Below, piece by piece: positions 8,767 to 16,008 of a DNA stretch of 25,009 nt (the stretch's first letter is position 1; each line of letters begins with the position of its first letter). The DNA is taken from positions 1-25,009 of IMG/VR virus record IMGVR_UViG_3300014202_000031, one strand, 5' to 3'. This stretch comes from a virus. Lineage: Duplodnaviria; Caudoviricetes. Both the position numbers and the translations under genes were made by a program. A model generated the notes under the pieces. That model did not search any database, was not told where the DNA came from, and saw only the letters and a program-made list of their open reading frames with translations.

Positions 8767-10704
8767 TTATTTTAGTCCATCAGGACGTGCATCCACGCGC
8801 GGCATACCCAGCTGCCATTGCGTACCAATTCCATCAGAACCTATTCTAAAGTTCATCTGCCGACCTCGGGCTCGCACGAATACCTGATTGGTGTACTGGT
8901 CAATAATTGCGGAGGCGGTCACCTCTCGTTCTGTAGCCAGATTCGATGCGTTCGTAGTTAAATTAACTGCACCGGGGAAGTTTCTTACCCCAACGGTCAT
9001 CATTACTTCTGGAACTACTGGCTCCCCAGTTACTTGGTTTGCTATGTCTGAGCCGTTAAAATTAACGTCTGGAATGATTCTGCGAATCAGCATAAACTTA
9101 TCGCCGTCATCAATATCAACGTCAGCAGATTGGATATACGATTCTATTGGTAGTGGGGGCGCGTCAAGTGGTTGTCCATCGTCCCGACCTTTTTCATGTT
9201 CATAAATCCACCCATTTTTAGCCGCAAGTGGGTAGTCAATTACGCCTGCATCAACCCAAGCAGTTCTTTCCAGTTGCCCGTAATACCAGATATTTTCCGA
9301 GTAGTTATAAATGACATAACGGTTAATGATGTTAGAGCCCCCAGATGCATAGAACCACACAATCTCGTTATACTGTGCGTTAGTTCCAGCAAAGGCTAAC
9401 TGACTCTGAGTTCTGTTAAGGTCGTTAAAGATATATTGGCGTAACGTGCAAGGCAGCGTATCAACTCGACCAGAGTATGTATAGAACTTATCCACACCCA
9501 TCCAATAGATTACGTTGTTGGCTTCAGCTACAACATTAGGTCCCAAGATACTGATATTAGAAGCGATTTCTTGCTTACCAAAAACTTCTTCCGTACCTAA
9601 AAACTGGATTGACGTAAGGGCAATGTCTGACCATACCAGCACTTCTTGGCGGGTTTTAATTCCGGTGACAATAAACGAACCCGACTCAAGCCGGAAAAAA
9701 CCTGCCGTATTGTTTAGTTCTGGACGCCAGTTCTCTGGCTCCGGTCCAATATACGAATCCACATTTGCCCAACGAATAAGCAGTGGGTCAAAGTCTCCTA
9801 AGTAATCACCGCCCGGATTAGTTGCATCAAACGATGTACATCCAAGCGCTAATAAATGACCTGTAGATGCGAACAAGATTTTAGTAACTTGCTGTGGAGT
9901 GGCTATAGCTCCGGATATATCGCGTAAATAAACCGCGCGGTCAATTGTGTTTAGGTTGTACGCCCAATAGAAAATATCTCCGCCTGATATGTTGAATATC
10001 AAGTCATTATTAAAGTTTTCTTGAAACACTAGTCTAGCGGGGAGGGTAACTCCAGCGGAATCTGTCGCACTTGAACCCCATGTATCCCTCCCCCAAGTAC
10101 CTGCACCAAAACCATAACCAGATGATACCGCGACTCGCCCCACATTAATTTGAAACTCCGCGACGATACTTGAACCGCCACCCCCAGCTACTGTAGATGT
10201 TGCCGCTGTGGTAGTAGCTATTGTAAAAGTGTTTGCAGTTACGTCGTAAACTTTATGTTCTTTGTTTATCTCGGTATCAGGGATTCCGCCAACTGCAGTA
10301 GCACCGGATATAGTTACATAGTCCCCATTATCAGCGCCGTGCCCAGTTATACTTACTATAATTTCCGCGTCGCCGTCGGTGGTCGCAAGGCAGTCATCTG
10401 TATCGGGGGTATCAAACGTCGCACGTATTGGCGTGATATCCGTATTTTCAGTACCGACATTGATATATATTTTTTCGGATGTCCCTATCCCAACAAGCAC
10501 TGTTCCAAGAGAAGTTGTCCAAGGAAACAATGACCTAGCTGAGCCCACATACTGGTCAAAGGTACGAACCTGCCAACCACCAATTTTTTCTGGAAACCCT
10601 GAGCGAAATCGAATCTTATCCCCGTCAACCCACCCACCTTCAGAGGCATAGTTAGTTTGGTCGCGGTTAATTCCGGGTTTAAATATCAGTTTACTTAGTG
10701 GCAT
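8767..10704 (-). CDS. Tail nozzle / tail tubular protein B (P22 gp10/T7 gp12-like position)
   Basis: 645 aa beta-propeller-like composition. N-terminus FKPGINRDQTNYASEGGWVDGDKIRFRSGFPEKIGGW, C-terminus RARGRQ...RVDARPDG. Lies upstream of the ejection genes. Confidence 0.75.
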   Translation of the reverse strand: MPLSKLIFKPGINRDQTNYASEGGWVDGDKIRFRSGFPEKIGGWQVRTFDQYVGSARSLFPWTTSLGTVLVGIGTSEKIYINVGTENTDITPIRATFDTPDTDDCLATTDGDAEIIVSITGHGADNGDYVTISGATAVGGIPDTEINKEHKVYDVTANTFTIATTTAATSTVAGGGGSSIVAEFQINVGRVAVSSGYGFGAGTWGRDTWGSSATDSAGVTLPARLVFQENFNNDLIFNISGGDIFYWAYNLNTIDRAVYLRDISGAIATPQQVTKILFASTGHLLALGCTSFDATNPGGDYLGDFDPLLIRWANVDSYIGPEPENWRPELNNTAGFFRLESGSFIVTGIKTRQEVLVWSDIALTSIQFLGTEEVFGKQEIASNISILGPNVVAEANNVIYWMGVDKFYTYSGRVDTLPCTLRQYIFNDLNRTQSQLAFAGTNAQYNEIVWFYASGGSNIINRYVIYNYSENIWYYGQLERTAWVDAGVIDYPLAAKNGWIYEHEKGRDDGQPLDAPPLPIESYIQSADVDIDDGDKFMLIRRIIPDVNFNGSDIANQVTGEPVVPEVMMTVGVRNFPGAVNLTTNASNLATEREVTASAIIDQYTNQVFVRARGRQMNFRIGSDGIGTQWQLGMPRVDARPDGLK

Positions 10705-11197
10705 CGACAGCCTCTACTTTCTCGTGCCAGTCAATCAAAGCGTTTAGCTGCTGACGACATGCTGTGTATTGCTCGAAGTTTTCGGCTGCGTTGGTGAGGA
10801 CTTCTGCATCGGAATAGGTTCCGGTGGACGCTTTAGCAGCTCCTGTGGGGGTTTCGGACACACTCCCTTTGAGGGCATCATTCCACAAGCTGGCAGCATC
10901 ATTATTAAAACAAACACGCCCAGTAGTCGCATTTGGAATCTCCTTAGTAATGGTTCGATATACTATTTTGGTATCAGCCTGCTTAACCTGCAGGGCACTC
11001 ACAAGCTCTCGACTGACTACATCATACGCTGCCAACAACTCCCGCTCACGCTTGAGAACCTCTATCATTTGGCTAGCCTGCGCGTCTTCTGCGCGTTTAT
11101 ATCCTTTAAAATATGCAAATCCATGCGATGCAATCAGTGCGAAAACTAAACCAAGAATCAAATATGGTCTCGGAACTAGTGTAAGTAAACCCATCAT
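10691..11197 (-). CDS. Rz: Inner-membrane spanin (Rz-like)
   Basis: N-terminal TM helix, periplasmic coiled coil and Cys residues. Follows the holin and endolysin and contains an embedded lipoprotein ORF. Confidence 0.75.
   Translation of the reverse strand: MMGLLTLVPRPYLILGLVFALIASHGFAYFKGYKRAEDAQASQMIEVLKRERELLAAYDVVSRELVSALQVKQADTKIVYRTITKEIPNATTGRVCFNNDAASLWNDALKGSVSETPTGAAKASTGTYSDAEVLTNAAENFEQYTACRQQLNALIDWHEKVEAVDATK
10744..10932 (-). CDS. Rz1: Outer-membrane spanin lipoprotein (Rz1-like), embedded in Rz
   Basis: Signal peptide MRLLGVFVLIMM with lipobox LPAC and a Pro-rich mature part (CPKPPQELLKRPPEP). AAGGAG lies upstream within Rz. Fully nested in another frame. Confidence 0.75.
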   Translation of the reverse strand: MRLLGVFVLIMMLPACGMMPSKGVCPKPPQELLKRPPEPIPMQKSSPTQPKTSSNTQHVVSS

Positions 11198-11394
11198 TTT
11201 GTCAGCTCCTGATTAGATACCACGCGAAGCACCACGTTAACCCCAGCTACTAGCCCCACTAACGCCAAGTATATCTTTGGGTCGAACTCGCCTTGAATAA
11301 CGCTTAACGACATTTCAATAGCCGTACCGACGCCGACAGCCACATTAAACCAGAGCGTCTTCGACTTCCAGAATTTTTTACACTGCTCAGGCAT
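11194..11394 (-). CDS. Holin (two TM segments)
   Basis: 66 aa: basic N-terminus KKFWKSKTLWFN and two hydrophobic helices. Sits between the endolysin and spanins. Confidence 0.7.
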   Translation of the reverse strand: MPEQCKKFWKSKTLWFNVAVGVGTAIEMSLSVIQGEFDPKIYLALVGLVAGVNVVLRVVSNQELTK

Positions 11395-11549
11395 CAGCGT
11401 TCTACAGTGAAATTCAGCAGGGTCACACGTACCTTACGGTCGCTAAAGTCAAGGAACAAATCAAAGACTGTCAGCAACCCAATGCGCAGCCTATACTCAA
11501 CGCGGTTTGCGTCTTTTTGAACATACTTCCAACCATTGATAAATTTCAT
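11394..11549 (-). CDS. Hypothetical protein (51 aa) in lysis cassette
   Basis: Below the track cutoff. MKFINGWKYVQKDANRVEYRLRIGLLTVFDLFLDFSDRKVRVTLLNFTVER. Strong RBS GGAGGT, and TGATG coupling to the holin. Confidence 0.7.
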   Translation of the reverse strand: MKFINGWKYVQKDANRVEYRLRIGLLTVFDLFLDFSDRKVRVTLLNFTVER

Positions 11550-11557
11550 ATTACCTC

Positions 11558-11932
11558 CTAATAGCTCCAAATCATCGGGGCAGGGAATCTGCCGTTACCG
11601 ATACCTAAGTGGATGAACCGACCTGTGCCCTTTTGCTGAACACCGATACGGTTAAACCCATGCTTCAGTGCAATCTCAATCAGTCGTAGTGCATCTGCAC
11701 CTTGTACTGCCACATCGCAAGCCATCCCATAACTATGCTCACCTGACACTGTTTTTGTGCGTTCGACTGGGTGGGTAGGGTCACGATAGCCAGAAGAAAT
11801 TGTCATGGATTTGCCGTACTCAACTCGAACTCTCTGCAGCTTGTCCATAAATTCAGGGCGCATCTCGTTCTTGCCAGTATGCTTACAATCGAATTCTGAT
11901 TTCTTAAAATTAGGGTATCTAGTCCAGTCCAT
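11558..11932 (-). CDS. Endolysin, peptidase M15A family
   Basis: NFKKSEFDC, ISSGYR, HSYGMACD (HxxxxxxD zinc ligands) and FIHL motifs. Confidence 0.88.
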   Translation of the reverse strand: MDWTRYPNFKKSEFDCKHTGKNEMRPEFMDKLQRVRVEYGKSMTISSGYRDPTHPVERTKTVSGEHSYGMACDVAVQGADALRLIEIALKHGFNRIGVQQKGTGRFIHLGIGNGRFPAPMIWSY

Positions 11933-11934
11933 AT

Positions 11935-12585
11935 CTATATCGTCGAGTTAGAACAAGTTAATGATAAAAATCCATAAGCTCTACGTCTTCCGGATGTATC
12001 ACAAGTTATACTTTTTGCCGCGTTATATGCGGTAATTACTTCATAAGCGGAACCGCCGTCATGTTCACCGGCATTATAGAAATACCTGTCGCCTTGCCCA
12101 AAATTATATAGCTTTAATGATGCGTCCCCATCTTCATTGGTAGACCATGTGCCAAATATCACTGAGTTTGCCGGTATTGGACTCGCTGTAAATGACCAAT
12201 CATTACCATCTCCACCTGCATAACTATTAAACTGTATTACCTTATACCCACTCCATCCATAAATCGCATATACGCTGATTGGTTGGGTGCTGCTGCTAGA
12301 TGTAAATGTCGCTGTAGTCCCTGTCGGAACTTTCCATATGGCAAAACACGAATTACCACCAAACGATGTGTTTCCGTTATATATAGCTAAAGGCGCTTGT
12401 CCATTTAGTGTTAAAGTAAACGTAGTTCCGGTGCCTTGATTTGAAACTCCTACAACAATAATTCTGTCCGCACTGGCGGTACCGATGTTAAATGAAGCTG
12501 GGGTGCCAGAACCTGTATGTGTTCTAACTACTGTTGGAGCTCCACAACCCTTTGAACCGCTTGTTTTTATCGCTGCACAGAACAT
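11935..12585 (-). CDS. Putative tail fibre tip / receptor-binding partner protein
   Basis: Beta-rich Gly/Ser/Thr protein (FNIGTASADRIIVVGV), TAATG-coupled to the tail fibre gene. Confidence 0.5.
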   Translation of the reverse strand: MFCAAIKTSGSKGCGAPTVVRTHTGSGTPASFNIGTASADRIIVVGVSNQGTGTTFTLTLNGQAPLAIYNGNTSFGGNSCFAIWKVPTGTTATFTSSSSTQPISVYAIYGWSGYKVIQFNSYAGGDGNDWSFTASPIPANSVIFGTWSTNEDGDASLKLYNFGQGDRYFYNAGEHDGGSAYEVITAYNAAKSITCDTSGRRRAYGFLSLTCSNSTI

Positions 12586-13742
12586 TAGAAGTTCGTCCCA
12601 AAAGTTCCACCGTATGTATTGGTGCCGTCGCAGAAGAATGTAAAAATATCGAACTTACCATTAGCGCTGGTTTGTGATGGCGCAGAACCAAAAGCCCATT
12701 TAATCGTAGAACCGCCAGCCCATGTCACTGTATGGGTACCGCCATATGCAATGATTACGACGTAAGACTTACCTGCAACAGAGCTTGGCAGTGTAATGGT
12801 GTTGTTGCCATTAGTGGTAATCTTCTGCACAGTTCCGTTTGTCAAGTCGATTGTAGTGGTGCCTGTTGCTATAAATACTGTTTCTACATAGTTTGTCACC
12901 GTTGGGTTAGTAAGTGTTGGTGTAGTAATCGCTGGAGATGTCTGAGTTCCACCGGTAATTGCTGGGCTGGTAAGTGTTTTATTAGTTAATGTTTGGCTAT
13001 CTGTCGTACCTACAACTACGCCGCTTGGGGCGGTTTTTCCTGCAAAAGCTGTTAAATTGGAATTGAATGCCTGTACGTTTGTACCTATAGCTAATCCAAG
13101 ATTAGTCCTTGCTTGGTCTGCCGTAGACGCTCCAGTGCCACCATCTGCAATAGCCAAGTCTGTAATGCCGGTAATAGACCCGCCAGTTATGGATACATTA
13201 TTATTGTTCTGTGTTGCTATGGTCCCTAACCCGAGATTAGTTCTTGCGCCTGCTGCCGTAGATGCACCAGTACCACCGTTAGCAACCGGAATTTCCCCCA
13301 CAATAGTCCCCGCAGCAAAGTCAGGGATATAGTTAATGGCACTTACTACGTTGGTTCCGTTGGTATATACAAGCGTCCGTGCGCCGTTAGGGACAGTAAC
13401 CCCAGTACCTGCTGCGGTTTTTACAACAATATCTTGACCGCCAGTTGTGTTATTTTCAATCAAGTATGGTTTTTCAATTGATGGAACAATCAAGTTTCGC
13501 GTTGCTGTCAACGAGCCGGAAGAAGTTACATTAAGCACGTAGTGCCGTGCGACTTGTGTAGTAGCTGTGTTTGCGAGCGTAAGAGTTAAGTCAGCATCGG
13601 AGCCAAAATTAGCATTAGCTCTACCTGCAATGGCCTCTTCAATCGCCGTGCCCAAGTTAGTATTAGTAGTAATACCCCACGTACCATCCTGCTCGCCGGT
13701 ACCTATAAGCTCAAATTTTAATTCGCTAAATGTTGATGCCAT
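12585..13742 (-). CDS. Tail fibre protein
   Basis: Anchor-type N-terminus (ELIGTGEQDGTWGITTNTNL), two GGTGASTAxxARTNLGL repeats, QTLTNKTLTSP repeats, and a C-terminal IDLTNG...DIFTFFCDGTN domain. Confidence 0.85.
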   Translation of the reverse strand: MASTFSELKFELIGTGEQDGTWGITTNTNLGTAIEEAIAGRANANFGSDADLTLTLANTATTQVARHYVLNVTSSGSLTATRNLIVPSIEKPYLIENNTTGGQDIVVKTAAGTGVTVPNGARTLVYTNGTNVVSAINYIPDFAAGTIVGEIPVANGGTGASTAAGARTNLGLGTIATQNNNNVSITGGSITGITDLAIADGGTGASTADQARTNLGLAIGTNVQAFNSNLTAFAGKTAPSGVVVGTTDSQTLTNKTLTSPAITGGTQTSPAITTPTLTNPTVTNYVETVFIATGTTTIDLTNGTVQKITTNGNNTITLPSSVAGKSYVVIIAYGGTHTVTWAGGSTIKWAFGSAPSQTSANGKFDIFTFFCDGTNTYGGTFGTNF

Positions 13743-13778
13743 GATTTAATTCCTTATTGGTTGCCACATTTTAACCCG

Positions 13779-13785
13779 ATTATCA
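13779..13785 (-). promoter_or_regulatory. Candidate extended -10 element (TGTGATAAT) before the tail fibre gene
   Basis: In the 66-bp AT-rich intergenic gap. Matches the heptamer at 8087-8093. Confidence 0.3.
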
Positions 13786-13809
13786 CAAAAACACTATATT
13801 TACTAGTGC
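13786..13809 (-). terminator. Weak hairpin plus U-tract, possible partial terminator
   Basis: Minus strand GCACTA-GTAAATA-TAGTGT-TTTTG immediately after the stop of 13809-14879. The stem is short and AT-rich. Confidence 0.2.
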
Positions 13810-14879
13810 TATGTAGGTACTTCTACCCAATCCGGGGTCTGTATATCGTCAATCTTTATCCACACATATACTTCGCTAAATTCAGTAATACATGAAACAC
13901 CTATTACATTAACAGCTAACCCGGTTAAAGTACTTACTGAACCTAAAGCACTATCTGCACTTACACCTGTGACTGGGTATAGCCCACTAGTGCTTAACCC
14001 TGCGGTTCCAACTTGTCCTGTTCCGACAGCACCTACGATTGTATTTATTGCTGCTTTGCCTGTAACTGAAACATCTCCAACCGCCCCTGTCGCAGCTACT
14101 CCGGTTACCTGTGCTCTTTGAAATACTACAGCGCTTACGGTACCAACAGCTGATGTGCCTGCTACTCCAGTTACCGATACTTGTTCATTTTCAAATACTT
14201 GAACCGTACCAACTTGCCCAGTACCGGATGCGCCGACAACAGGAACCGATACATACCCACTAGGGCGAACCGCAACAGTGATTGCTCCCCAAGTACCCGA
14301 CGCCCAATCTGTCCATGATGCAGGGTCTTCTGTACCTGCAGGGGATAATTCTTTTGTTGCAACCGCTGTAGTAGAAGGGTTTGTATCAGAAACAGCGATG
14401 TCTGTTTGGTTGTTATACCCAGATGGCGCGGTAATTGCAGTATCGTTAACCCGACTACTTGCGAATGCCAGAATCAAAGTAGTACTAAATGTTGTTGTGA
14501 TTGCGGGGTTATCCGGGTTAGTGCTAGACCCTGAATCGGTAGTGGCTGCTACGTCTTCTGGCTGAGTTGTTTCAACGCCTCTGAGAATCAGGGCGACAAC
14601 GGCATGGGCATCTTGAGGCTGCCCTGTCCCACTAATAGTAACGCTGGCGTCTGGAGTTGCCCCCATAATTTTTCGCCACACCCCAACTCGGTGTCCACCA
14701 CTGGTAACGGCAGCAATTTGAGTATATCCAGAGGTTGAAGGACTTACCGTGCCGTCGATGCCAGAACAAACGTAAACAACATCATCTTGTTGAACGCCGC
14801 CGGGAAAAGTTAAGGTTACCGCATTGCCATTATTTATCCCGCCGGTTAAAGCGCCACCAGAAATAATTGATATTGCCAT
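13809..14879 (-). CDS. Fibre-like structural protein: N-terminal beta-sandwich plus TGV-repeat shaft
   Basis: Repeats of V(T/V)GVxxTxxVGxV. C-terminal WIKIDDIQTPDW motif shared with the neighbouring gene. Confidence 0.6.
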   Translation of the reverse strand: MAISIISGGALTGGINNGNAVTLTFPGGVQQDDVVYVCSGIDGTVSPSTSGYTQIAAVTSGGHRVGVWRKIMGATPDASVTISGTGQPQDAHAVVALILRGVETTQPEDVAATTDSGSSTNPDNPAITTTFSTTLILAFASSRVNDTAITAPSGYNNQTDIAVSDTNPSTTAVATKELSPAGTEDPASWTDWASGTWGAITVAVRPSGYVSVPVVGASGTGQVGTVQVFENEQVSVTGVAGTSAVGTVSAVVFQRAQVTGVAATGAVGDVSVTGKAAINTIVGAVGTGQVGTAGLSTSGLYPVTGVSADSALGSVSTLTGLAVNVIGVSCITEFSEVYVWIKIDDIQTPDWVEVPT

Positions 14880-15583
14880 TATGCGGCTTTCTTAACTATT
14901 GTCCACGATGTGGACTGAGCATCATCTACCGGGCTCCATATATTTACAATTTGGGTACGCCCCACCGCAGCTACGCCTGTCACTCTAACAATAACCCCAA
15001 AGTCAAAATCTACAGTTCCGAGAACCCCATTAGCCTCTAGTCCGGTAAGTATCGCGTCCGCGCCTGCTTTGGCATTTACAGTGCCTAGTGATGTTGTAGC
15101 TGCAACACCTGTCAATGCTGTAGATGCTAAGCCGACTATTTGTACGGAACCCGTAGCTCCCAGCCCAGAAACGCCCGTAGTGGTTACATTAATTGCGTTG
15201 TTTACTTCAACGTCACCGTCTAGGACGGTAGCTTCCTCACCTGTAACCGTGACAACTCTAGGGAAACTAAGCGCTACGTCGCCTACAGCACCAACACCCT
15301 CAACCCCCGTTAGTGTAGTAGATGCTAAGCCGACTATTTGTACGGAACCTATACTGCAGGTGGACTGCACCCCGCTAACAAGCGCGACTATACCACAACG
15401 AACCTCTACATCACCTACCGCACTAACTGCTTCTTCGCCTGTAACGGTTGTAATTGCATTTGCATTTGCATTGACTTCAACCGATGAAACAACCCCAAGT
15501 CCTTCGACGCCCGTTAATTGAACGTAGACTTCCTGTATACTTTCGCCTATCGCTAAGTTACATAAGGGGGTATGAGCGAACAT
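14879..15583 (-). CDS. Fibre-like structural protein with TGV repeats
   Basis: About nine [LVT]TG[VEL]...G.V repeats. C-terminal WSPVDDAQSTSW motif. Confidence 0.6.
   Translation of the reverse strand: MFAHTPLCNLAIGESIQEVYVQLTGVEGLGVVSSVEVNANANAITTVTGEEAVSAVGDVEVRCGIVALVSGVQSTCSIGSVQIVGLASTTLTGVEGVGAVGDVALSFPRVVTVTGEEATVLDGDVEVNNAINVTTTGVSGLGATGSVQIVGLASTALTGVAATTSLGTVNAKAGADAILTGLEANGVLGTVDFDFGVIVRVTGVAAVGRTQIVNIWSPVDDAQSTSWTIVKKAA
15120..15349. repeat. Exact 32-bp direct repeat (15120-15151 and 15318-15349)
   Basis: gtagatgctaagccgactatttgtacggaacc occurs twice, 198 bp (66 codons) apart, covering the GSVQIVGLAST peptide repeat. Confidence 0.9.
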
Positions 15584-15586
15584 GTG

Positions 15587-16006
15587 CTATGCCCAGATAC
15601 AAACCGGATTTTGTGGTTCTACTCGATACTGCTCCAAACTGCTCACATCAAAGCTCTCGTTTACCAGCCTGACGTTAATGTGCCAGCCTTCAACTTCGTC
15701 AATTGTTCCAACTTCCCACAGAGCGTATTCGTGTCCCCCTTGAGAGATTCGCTCAACTTCTTCGGTTTCTTCTATTTGCACTTCTTCGATTGTTGGGTTG
15801 CCATTCTCATCAAGCAATATACGGCTTGTCAGCTCGCCATCTTCATTTTCGTAAACCTCAAAGGCTTCTTGCTGGATTGTGCGATAAACGATATTGCCGA
15901 GTTCGTCTCGCTTCGTCTCAAACGATGTGACAGTCATACCGTTAGCCGATAGAGCAGATAGGGCTGTGAGTTGGTCTGGGAATTTGTAGTAAATGTCTGA
16001 AGTCAT
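15587..16006 (-). CDS. Hypothetical acidic protein, possible fibre assembly partner
   Basis: 139 aa, Glu-rich central segment, GWHINVR and PQNPVCIWA C-terminus. Immediately follows the 625-aa fibre gene. Confidence 0.5.
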   Translation of the reverse strand: MTSDIYYKFPDQLTALSALSANGMTVTSFETKRDELGNIVYRTIQQEAFEVYENEDGELTSRILLDENGNPTIEEVQIEETEEVERISQGGHEYALWEVGTIDEVEGWHINVRLVNESFDVSSLEQYRVEPQNPVCIWA

Positions 16007-16008
16007 AA

